Positions 25,393-40,762 of a DNA stretch of 64,000 bases are shown piece after piece (the first letter of the stretch is position 1; each line of letters starts with the position of its first letter). Made by a program: the position numbers and the translations under genes. The notes under the pieces were generated by a model. That model was given only the letters and a program-made list of their open reading frames with translations. It searched no databases and had not been told where the DNA came from. Origin of the DNA: Dimorphilus gyrociliatus (lineage: Eukaryota; Animalia; Annelida); NCBI GenBank assembly GCA_904063045.1, contig CAJFCJ010000002.1:2006422-2070421 (forward strand), given 5' to 3'.

Positions 25393-26118
25393 TCAATAAT
25401 AATCTGATTGGCTACTGCGTAAACTTACACTACTTGACGCTCTATTTATTCTGAGGGTACTAGCATCCAATGATCTTTTGACAAGACGAACTCTTCTATC
25501 CATTTCATAATCTTGCTGAATTTTCATTTTCTTATAATCCATCCTTCTAGGACTAGCTGTACAATCGTCAAGTAACTTTCTCCTGACTTTGCTATCAGAA
25601 AGATAGCGAAATGTAAATTGATTGTCCCACTGATTTGGTTCCTCTGGAGGAGGACTAATTTTGATATCTGCTCCGTTGGCCTTTTCTATCGCTTCTTCGA
25701 CAGATAAAGACATATTTTTTGTTGTATCTGATTTCTTCCATTTCGGAGTTGCTAGCCTTACATGTTTTAAACGTTCTGTCGTTCGTAGTTGCCGAATTTC
25801 CTTCATTCTTTGATCGAATTCTAACATTGTTAAGGATCTAGCTCTATTAGCTGGCATAAACATAAACATATCCGGTTCTTTGGTTAATCTTGGGAGAGTA
25901 TCTGCAGCGAAAAGACCTCTCTTCTCCTGATTTAAAACTTTTAATTCCCTATCAATTCTTTTCCAATCTGTAAAAAAGTTCTCTTTTCTTAGCTTTTCTT
26001 CTCTGTCCAAATTTTCAAGCCTAGCATACAGAAGACGTTGAATATTCGTATTCCTACAGCGAGCGGCTTCCATAGCTTCGCTTTCATAGAACAGGCTTTC
26101 TGCTTGAAATCCATCCAT
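25393..26118 (-). CDS. Uncharacterised 241-aa protein with a predicted N-terminal coiled coil
   Basis: Single-exon ORF in locally GC-richer sequence; upstream GT/AG-bounded non-coding segments; no family recognised. Confidence 0.65.
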   Translation of the reverse strand: MDGFQAESLFYESEAMEAARCRNTNIQRLLYARLENLDREEKLRKENFFTDWKRIDRELKVLNQEKRGLFAADTLPRLTKEPDMFMFMPANRARSLTMLEFDQRMKEIRQLRTTERLKHVRLATPKWKKSDTTKNMSLSVEEAIEKANGADIKISPPPEEPNQWDNQFTFRYLSDSKVRRKLLDDCTASPRRMDYKKMKIQQDYEMDRRVRLVKRSLDASTLRINRASSSVSLRSSQSDYY

Positions 26119-26554
26119 ATTTGTTTTTTTTCCAGTTATAAAAGGAATTAGTTACCTGTACCTGATTGCTTTTTTACACTACCCAGTTGTTTCATATCAG
26201 CTGAAATTAAAAGAGCAAAGAACTTTAGATGATATCCCATAATTCTTAGTAATTACTAAATTCCTAACAATCTAAATAATACTGTAATTGATGCTGTTTA
26301 AATTATTGAATTACACCTATACTAATAAGTTTTTATATTATTTCTTTTCCTTCGATAATTATTCATAATATATTCTAAGCCTATTAAATAGCTATTTAAC
26401 AAAATATTCATTTATTAAATAATAATTGTATAGACATTTGAGAAGCGAAAAGAGGATATTATCGATTCTTTTCTTTTACCATTCAGTTCCCGCCAACTTT
26501 AACCAATGGGGTGGGATTAATTGAAGAGGGATACAACGAAAGAGACAGATACAG

Positions 26555-26556
<2 letters not shown>

Positions 26557-26594
<38 letters not shown>
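26557..26594. repeat. (TA)n microsatellite followed by a GA-rich tract
   Basis: Direct run. Confidence 0.9.
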
Positions 26595-26597
<3 letters not shown>

Positions 26598-27692
26598 TAT
26601 ATTTATAAACATTTATAGTGAGAGAGACAGAGAGAGAGAGAGAGAGGGAGAAAAGAGAGCAAACTAACAAGAAAACATAGATATATACAAAAAAGAACTT
26701 ACTTCGGAGAAGTAATCGGTTAGACTGTTGTGTTGATTATTTTTGTGGTTTGTTTTCAAGAAATATAATAATCAACTTAACATATTCGTCGGGTCTTGTC
26801 AAAATGCAAACACAAATTTTTACGATGTGTGGAAAACGTGCTGTAGAAAGAATATAACCGGTTTATTAGTTCGAGTAAGTTTATTGATATGTCTTTATAT
26901 GTATTTTTCTCACTAATTATCTTATTATAGAATTTATATGATGAAAAAAAAAGGGAAAAGATTAATCCATTCCTCCTCTTTCTCTCTATTTCAGCATAGA
27001 TCCGTTTTAGGTTCTTCTAAACCTTTAATACATACTGTAATTCTATTTTTTTCTTGAAACATTCACCCCAAGATGATAATGCTGGTATGTGAATGTTTCC
27101 TGCATATTTTGTTTATAAATTGTATAAGGTATGCAGTTTTTTTTGTCTCAAGTGCATTTTTGGATTAACTGTATTAGTTTTTTCTTATATTTTATACTTT
27201 ATCAAGTTATAAAACCTATTGTTTAATCAATTTTTCCCATACACACTTAAACTATAAAATTATATTTGAAAAGAAGAGCAAACTATCTTATAAGAGTCTG
27301 TTTATATTAAAAAATTATATGTTAGATACCAACGATAAATTACTTATACACGACTAGATTATGACTATAATCTAGGATACTATCTTTGTTAAGTAAAATA
27401 TATCAATTAATGATAAGAACAACGAATTGGTATACTGTATGTAATAAAAAAGTGGGTAAAATTTATTGACTTCTAGATTGTCAATAGTATAAATCACGTG
27501 ATCATGAATCTAAGGAATCATTTTGAGGGTGCTAATTGATAGATATACGATTAATTTTTTATTTCATATTGTCGTCATCTAACAGTTGAATTACTATTGG
27601 GGGTTTTGTTTGAACAGGCGAGAGAAAAGGGGAGAGAGTAAATTGACTTTGAACGAGCAGTCTTTAACTAGATCACGAACTGGCTTGACAAC

Positions 27693-28943
27693 ATGACAGC
27701 ACAAATAATGGATCCAATTTATTTTCAATCGAATGGTGACCGATTCTATTACTATCCTGATTCGGAGGAACGAAGGGCGATGCTGAATCAGCAAAGAGAA
27801 CTTTTTAAACCGTGGAGGCAATTTAGCCCAATTCAGAAACGTAATAACAATGGAACTTTCTATCAAGATCTCAACAAAGTGACATCAGACATTGCAGAAT
27901 CGGTTCGAATGATGAAATATTGGGCGATGTACTTGCCTAAAAGACCTATCAATGGTCTTTTAAAGTCTCGAAAGAGAGTTCCAAGATATCACAGTCAACT
28001 TCCAACGAATAAAGTCGTCTCTCGATGTGAAGGTGTTCATTTTTCCGAAGACCAAGTTACACCTCTGGAACCTAATGAAGGCACAAAAAAGCCCTTTTAC
28101 ACAGCAACTTTAGAAAAGAATAGTATTCCTGATCATCTTCGACAGAAGGAGGTCTCTGTTTTATGCCTTTACAAAGCAAGACGTTCAAAATACTATTTGG
28201 AACAAAGGAAAAAAGAAGAAGAGATAAGAAAGAATAGAAGACCTGTCTGGCAAACGGTTGATTTCAATGGATTAATTAAACTAAGAGACAAAGATAAATT
28301 TAAATCTGCTTCTAATTATCTTCCATCTAAAAAGGATGATCAAAAGAACAAATCTCTTAGGTCAAAGAGTGTTGTCGAAGTAAGCCGAAAAACCTTTACT
28401 TTGCCACAGGAAGCCTCCATTCAAAGACACGAGAAAGGCGAACTTCTGAAAGGTAGTAAAACAATTAGATCAAGTCCGAGACCTCAATCGAAAGGATCTC
28501 GTGAACAATCTCCAGTTTTATCATTCTTCAACAAAAACATCCAATCAATTCCTATAATCGAAAAATCGAAGAGCTTTCACAAGCTAATACCATCTCAAAA
28601 TTCTTTTACGGTACCCAATCAAAGAAAACCTTACTTGATTCAACCATTAGAAAAATCCAAAACTGAATTACCGACAATAAACTCAAAGAAAACGGTAGAA
28701 AATAATAACTCGGCTAATAATAACCAGTTTTCGGTTCAAAAACAAGGAACATCTTCTTGTACAAAATTGAATTTAAGCTTGAAACCATCAAATTCAAATC
28801 TGGAGAAGAAAATTACTGAAAATATTGACAAAAAGCAAGGCGACGAATTATACAATAATTTTCAACATGTCAAATTTAATAAAAAACAGATAAAAGAGAA
28901 TAAAAAGCATAAGAAATCAAATAATGATAAAGAAAAAGAATGA
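27693..28943 (+). CDS. Uncharacterised 416-aa Lys/Ser/Asn-rich basic protein
   Basis: A 1251-nt ORF is unlikely by chance at this AT content; aromatic-rich N-terminal ~200 aa, low-complexity C-terminal half; no family recognised. Confidence 0.7.
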   Translation: MTAQIMDPIYFQSNGDRFYYYPDSEERRAMLNQQRELFKPWRQFSPIQKRNNNGTFYQDLNKVTSDIAESVRMMKYWAMYLPKRPINGLLKSRKRVPRYHSQLPTNKVVSRCEGVHFSEDQVTPLEPNEGTKKPFYTATLEKNSIPDHLRQKEVSVLCLYKARRSKYYLEQRKKEEEIRKNRRPVWQTVDFNGLIKLRDKDKFKSASNYLPSKKDDQKNKSLRSKSVVEVSRKTFTLPQEASIQRHEKGELLKGSKTIRSSPRPQSKGSREQSPVLSFFNKNIQSIPIIEKSKSFHKLIPSQNSFTVPNQRKPYLIQPLEKSKTELPTINSKKTVENNNSANNNQFSVQKQGTSSCTKLNLSLKPSNSNLEKKITENIDKKQGDELYNNFQHVKFNKKQIKENKKHKKSNNDKEKE

Positions 28944-29414
28944 TAACTATGACAATGTATTTTATAGTTGCAACATTAACGAATGTAAAAGAATGAATCT
29001 ATAAATTTTAATGATTAGTCTTTTTGTATTACTTTCATGATCCTTTTGTTTTTTTATACTTTAATTAATAATAATATATTCTTTGGCTGCTTGTTCTTAA
29101 TATTTTCAGGTCATGTGACATACAGTTTATGTATATAAGTACATCTTACTGTTTAGTGATATATATATATATATATATCTTGAACAAATGCTTCTTCCCA
29201 TAAGTTGCACGAAAGCTTGACACAGTCCAGGAAAATTATCTACAAAAGTACCATTAAATTCATAAAATAGGGCCATTTTATGTGCTTTATATAACTTATA
29301 ATGTAAGTCTTTATATCTTTTCACAACTTTATTCATATATTAAATAATCTTATAGTTTGAAAGATGAATATTGAATTTATATTTTAATTAGTTACACTAT
29401 TTTAAAGACAAGAT

Positions 29415-31386
29415 ATGATTCTTTCTAAGAGATATTTTGTCAACTTGCTCGGACCATTTGTATTCTTAGTCATGATTATCTTCCTATTGAAGGATGATCT
29501 CCACGGAGATGACCGTGTTTTGTATACAAAAGGTATATTTATATAGAAATTATCATTTCTTATCAAGCTAAAGTTGTTTCTTTTTCTTTAATAAGATCAT
29601 GATATACAATGGAAATATATTTCTTCACTAAACCTATCTATTTATAGTGCTTTTTATGATAATAGAACGTCATTGGGTACATGGCCATCTATTAAGATCA
29701 TTGTAATGGCTAAAGCCAAAGAGATTAATAAATTGCCACCTTTCTGTCACATTCACTTTACTCTTGGTAGAAATTTAACAGTTCAATCAATTCCAATGGA
29801 ATTGAGTACTACCCAAAATTATTTTGACAGAGGATTCTATAAAAGTTATATTATAAATTGCCCTATTGGAAGCTATAAAATACCTGTAAATGTTGGCCTA
29901 TCAACAGCAGTTGACATCAAACCGAACTATTATCAGAAAATATTATTACCTGAAAGCCCTGATATCAAACAAGTAGACACTGATGACGATAATTGATTCA
30001 ATAAAATTATAATACTAACGAAATACAGAATTTTGATCTCTGTATTGAAAACTCTTTTGGAAAGTTTCATCCAATTCAAGTAATCGGATATATCGAACTG
30101 TAAAAACTATTAGGAGTTTCAAAAGTTTTTGTTTACAATAGTGGATATGATTTTTATACAGTCACGATAATAAGTAATTAGTACAAAGAAAAAAGGTTTT
30201 ATAAGGTGATTATTTGGTGTTATATAATTTTTGATTTGCCTTATCATGATATTAAATCTGTACGTGAAGTCTTGGTTGAAAAACTGTAAAAGTTAGTTAG
30301 TTTACTTCCTTTTTAGAGTTGGATTTTAGAAGGGCCTATTTTTCAACTCTTCCATTTCAACTTGTATTTGCATAAAACCTTTTTGACATCAGACAATGAT
30401 ATCTGAATAGGCACAGTATAGTTTTGTAAAATTTCTTGTTCTGTCCAGTTGGTTTAAATCTTCTTTTTATTGTAATCTAAAATTCCATTTTTCTTGTTAT
30501 TATTTGTGATCTATGATCTCTTAATTGTAACGTCATAGCAACTGTGTTAAAATTACTTGATAGCTTAGGAAATCATCTAGACCATAAGCATATTTTGGTC
30601 GTCAAAAAATTCACATGTTTAAAATTTTTTATCCCTTGTTATAATTACTTATTATCGTGACTGTACTTTACAGATTCTTAAAAATTACCAGGAAGAGGGT
30701 ATAATTCAATTAACAGATTTTAGAACCGAATACTTCTCAACGCTGTATTCTCCATCCGTCGCTTATCGATCACAGGTAAACTATTATGAATAATAATTTC
30801 AAAATAATAACAACTGTTAACCAACAGAAGTCTTCTGACGTTAACGATTGTCTCTATAGGAATATGTATATATTTAAAAAGTTAATTATCTTGAACTTTG
30901 ACAAATTAATCATCCCTGATAAAAATGAAAACTTGGAATTCCTATTAGAATATTTAGATTCTATTTTCAAGACAAATCATCCTAAAAGGTCTTATCAGTT
31001 TATCAATTCCTATTTTTTCAGTCAATTCAAAGTAGATGAATCATTTCCATGGAATATTAACTTTCTTAAAAGATTTTATAGAATCCCTACCAGAGACGAT
31101 GATAAAACAATAAACTCTATTATTGATCCTATGGCCAGTTAAATTAAAAATTGTGAACGGAAATAGATGTAAAGATTTTACGAAACTATACGATATCAGA
31201 GGAAAAGTTTTAGATGTACCATGGAATATTACTAGAACTCATTGTTATAAAAAATGCCGTTTGAAACAAAACATTTGTTCCCATTTATCGAAGAATGCAA
31301 CAAAGGATGAAAGTATTCTAAAGTTCAAAAGGCATCTTTTACAAATTATTAAGAAAAAAGCTTCAAATTTCGATTTTCCTCTTTAA
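29415..31386 (+). pseudogene. Glycosyltransferase family 92 (galt-1-like) pseudogene
   Basis: TM anchor, then IYSAFYDNR, FDLCIE, IEL*KLLGVSKVFVYN (in-frame TAA 30101-30103), LKNYQEEGII, VNDCLYRNMY, NFDKLIIP (degenerate DxD region), SIIDP, frameshift near 31140, then HCYKKC...KDESILKFK. Intact introns at 29533-29595, 29973-30028 and 30776-30827. Interrupted by a MITE. Confidence 0.85.
30159..30663. mobile_element. Non-autonomous Tc1/mariner-type MITE, 505 bp
   Basis: Perfect 22-bp terminal inverted repeats CAGTCACGATAATAAGTAATTA / TAATTACTTATTATCGTGACTG flanked by TA on both sides (30157-58, 30664-65); removing it restores the host reading frame. Confidence 0.92.
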
Positions 31387-33066
31387 CAGTTTTCATCAAA
31401 AATTGAAAACTTTAACGTTCAATAGACTTTTTACCAATTAATAGACATTCTTTAATAACAGTTCACTTTTACACTTTTTCTTCATGATAATACGTCAAAA
31501 TCCTTTAATTCTTAATTATAAAATATTAATCATCAGTAATTGTTAAAACTTAAGAGAGCTTTAAGATTTTAAATAATAAAGAGTAAAGAAATAGTGTTGC
31601 TATATTTATATGTTTAAACTATCGGGAAATGCCTAAAACATGGAGGAAAAAACACCTGGTGGAGGGTAGACAAATTATCCAGGTGCGTCAGACATTACCA
31701 CACGGCAGTTAGAGTTTCCGAAATACTTTTGCTTTGGCGGTATTTATTTATTGTCAGGAGCATGGTTTACTTAATTACATTATTTTAAAATCGTACTTGG
31801 ATATAAGATACAAGCAAATATTGAACGGAAGTAGGTTTGCTTTGCTCTTTTTTACAGTAATTTAGCTGACACTAGCACTATTTCATGTCTTTATAAAAAA
31901 TGATAAATATTCTTGAAACGAATTGCTATGACCATGAATCATCGTCTCTGTGAAATCTATTTATAGTTAAATACTATTGTTCGTTTTTTCGTTTGCATGG
32001 TGTATTAAATTAAGGAAGTAAAGTAGGCAAAATAAATGTTCTACTGATTCTTTATAATTTGTTTCTTTTATTATTTAACTATATATATAGTATGACCTAT
32101 TAAATTATTCAATAAAGTCTCTTCCATGTAGCCATATGCTAATAATTTCCAATAGTAGTTTTCTCTTCACATTTTCCACTTATTTCATTATAATTTTATT
32201 TGTTTTTATATATAAAAAAAAAGCCTTAAATGTTACGAGATATCGAAGACTGCTAATACTTAATTAGTTGACACACTTATCGATTTAAAGGCAAGCTAAT
32301 TGAAAAGCCCGCCTCTTTACTCAGAAAAGCCAATGACCGTCAGACTATGTTAGTTATATCTAACTGTTAATATTAAGCTATTAAACCAATCAATGAAAAG
32401 ATATAGAAAAGTTACGCATAAAGGTATCATAAACAAGGTATGTTTTAAATTGATATGATAAATATTATTTCTTTTAAAATATCGGTTCCAATTCGTTTTA
32501 ATTGTTTTTCTAATAGTGATAACGGCATTCAAACTAGCCAAATTTTAACGAATCTATTATATCGATTTTGTTATCTTCTGATAGAGGTGTATATATATAA
32601 AAGTATATATATATAAATATATTTGTATAATATACAAGAACAATGATTTAGCAGGCTTCGATCAACAGACAGTTTTATATTATATAGCACAATAACCATG
32701 CTACGCCTCAAAATACGAAATAACTTTTCTTTACAATTACGTTATAGTTACGACTTCAAATTAAGTTTAAATATTATAGATTAAGTGTCTTTAAAGATAA
32801 TATTTTTATAATATTCAACCATTTTCATAAAAACTTTGAATACTATTCCAAATATAGAGTTTTCATTTTTATTCAACTTAAAATATAGCATTTTCGTATT
32901 TTTTCAATGACCAAGGCCTTGCGATAAGTTATCGAATTTCTTATAGCCATAGATAAGATTTGTACTTGTTCGTATTATTTAGTTGTTGTCGCCACATCTT
33001 CCGCCATATGCCTTTATATTTTTATAAAAAAAGACTGTGTTTTAGCTCTAATATTCCAACGAAAAA

Positions 33067-34580
33067 ATGAACTTGGAGGGAAATAATCCAATCATCATCC
33101 TACCACGCAGAAAAAAAGACTTATTAGAGGCATATATTCTAGCTATACCGGCGGGCCTTGTGGGCGCTCATCACTACTATCTACGCAATTATGGACGAGG
33201 AGTTCTCTATACATTGACTTTAGGACTACTAGGAATGGGATGGCTTATGGACATATTCCGAATGTCGATTCTAGTCAAAAGAGCCAACTTGAAATTAGAA
33301 GAACCAGAAAATATTGAATGTAAACAGAAATATATTGGAGATGCCTATACATTTTGGCTCCCATTTGGATTATTGGGTAATTTCTTAAAACATTCTAAAT
33401 AATGATATTACGCTCACTTGTGTTATTTTATTACGGCTATTGATTTGCTTATTAGTAGTAATGATATCAATGTTTATTTCTCTCCTTAGAGACAGTTTAC
33501 AATCACGTAGACAAAAGTTATTCATTTTTTATTTATAGGATTTCATCAATATTATTTAAGAAGATGGTCGTGGGGAATAGCTTATTCTTTAACGTTTGGG
33601 CTTCTTGGTATCGGTTGGCTAGTGGACGGATGTCGAATGTATAAATTAGTTAGAAAATACAATACAGATATGGCTATCCGATTGGAAAATTCTCCAAACT
33701 ATAAAGAAAAACAATTGTTGGATACTTACATTATAGCAATAACACCTGCGGGTATTTTTGGAATGCATCATTTCTATTTGGGTAGATGTTGTTGGGGATT
33801 TCTCTATCTCTTTACCTTTGGATTATGTGGACTTGGTTGGTTGTCAGACCTAATAAGATTATCAATGATAGTTAAAAGAACAAATGAAAGCAAGAGATCT
33901 AAGCCCGACTATCCTATCAAATATGTCGATGAAGCTTACACACTTATTTTACCACCACTTGGTCTTTTAGGCTTACATCATTACTATTTGAGACGCTACG
34001 GTTGGGGTGTTGCTTATACATGTACTTTCGGTTGTTTCGGTGTTGGTTGGATTTTTGATTTATTTCGATTGTCCAAATTAGTACATCAGGTTAATGCCAG
34101 GTAAGATAATGAAAAATTCACTTGAAAGATCGTAACTAATTTCAAATCTGTCATAGGGCAAAACAAAAAAAGTCTATTCGAGATCTTGTTCAGTCGTACG
34201 TGAATGAGCATCAAGCCGGTCCCCAGCATATTGTTCCACCTCCAACTACACATTCTTGTACTGAATTGGAAGCGCCTCCTTCATATGAAATTGCAATGGC
34301 GACATCGGCTAGACAGCCCTCTCCTTTGCCTCCTCCACGACCTCCACCTCCAAGAGACTTCCACAGTTTGGCGATGGAAAGTTCTTCAGAACTAGGTGGA
34401 TTCAACAATATCGCTAACGAACAGAAGCGAATGGTTATCGAAGCTCATCAAAGGGCAGCAGCAGCAGAACAAGCACAGCCTGAACCAGCAGAAAATTCAA
34501 CATTAGGAGGGTTTGAAACGATAGCCTTAGAACAAAAGCGAATGGTCGAAGAGGCCAATAGAAGTCAACAACTCGTTTAG
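33067..34580 (+). CDS. Membrane protein with four tandem TM2 domains and a Pro-rich PPxY tail, three exons
   Basis: Four repeats of AY-x(4-6)-G-x-x-G-x-H-x-(Y/F)YL-x(4)-G-x-x-Y-x-x-T-x-G-x-x-G-x-GW-x-x-D; exons 33067-33376, 33539-34100, 34157-34580. Confidence 0.88.
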
Positions 34581-35648
34581 AGGAAGATAAAGAACCAAGT
34601 TTATAGTACTCATAAATGACGAGGAACTTTTTAGATGTAATTTTTATACATACTCTATAAACATAATCAAAATTTTTAACACAATATTCTTATCCAGAAC
34701 TTTTTACACTAAGATTTGTAATCTAACCTATTTGAATGTTGTGCATCTTATCTAATATCAATACCTTCATTCGTCCAATATTCAAATATAAGACAAAGTT
34801 ATCATCACTCTCAAAAGATGGAAGAAGACCGACAAGTGAAGAGAAGTTTTTTTTTGTATTTAACTACATACACTGTATATGTATCGTTTTGTTTATACAA
34901 TTTGCAGTAGAACATATACTGTATATTTTCCTATAGTTTGTCAATATGTAAATAGCGAAAATTATAAAATAAAAATCTTTTCCAATTATTAATTAGCTTG
35001 ATATTGAAAATATAAAAGAATAATAAAACTGAGGAAGTTAAAATAAATAAAATTCGTGAACTTTAGCCAAAAAAAGAATTAAGGCTATTTTATTATAAGT
35101 TTTTTAGAAAATATCACAAAGTTTGTCAAACACATGTAACATGCACAAACGAGGATGTCCTATTATGCATTAAAAAAAAAAAAACTCCACAGTGAACAAA
35201 CTTTTTTTTTGTTTCAAGTACGATTAAAAGCATAAATCGAACTGTTTAATAGGCTACTGTAATTTTTATAAGATGCAAAAAAAAAAAGAAGAAAATAGAA
35301 AAATAAATACTATAAATGGTATAAATTATATATACATAATAAAGCATGTATATATAATTATATATGATTTATATATTTATATAGTGTATATATTTTTCAA
35401 ATATTCAAATGTTCTTGTGGATGGGAAGAGGGAGAGTACTTAATAAGCGGGACAGGGAGGGGATGAGGGGTAGGGAGGGAAGGAGACAGAATTCAAAGTG
35501 CTTATTTTTTTTTTCGTACTAAATTTTACTAAACTTACTTTCATACAATGCAGAAAATCCAGCATAAAAAATAAATAAATGAAGTCATTCTCTCGATGTT
35601 AATAGCAAGCACATGATCAACAGAGATAACGACTTTCATGACTTAAGC

Positions 35649-40330
<4,682 letters not shown>

Positions 40331-40762
40331 TTTACACTATGAAGATAAGTTAAAATGAGTGAGAAGAATTGTTTCAATATGGGATTAATAGTTAATTTTG
40401 ACAGATTGCAGTTGAGAAGCTGAAATTCTGTGCCAAAACAGCCTTTTTCAAGCCGACATCTTTGAATTTTTGTTGTTTAAGACATTGTCGAATAAATTTT
40501 TTCAAATCGTATTTATTTATGTTATATCAAATAAAAAAATATTTTTAATCATTCAAAATGGCCAAAGACTATTAAAATAAATTTTATACGAAAATCCTGG
40601 TATCTTGAAAAAAAATGTTCAATTCTCGCGAGACTTCTGGTCTTATACTGAAGTCTCGAGCAACTGCCGCCAATTCGTTAATTTGAATGTATCAAAGCCC
40701 ATTCCTGATAGGTCAATAAATATGCCATCTCTTTGACAATGAATGAGATTTTAAGCTCTTAA

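Noticed and set aside
29994-29996. TGA ending ORF 29673-29996 as a GT92 nonsense lesion
   Set aside because: It lies in a 56-nt GT-AG intron (29973-30028) with a TACTAAC branch point; splicing restores the frame.
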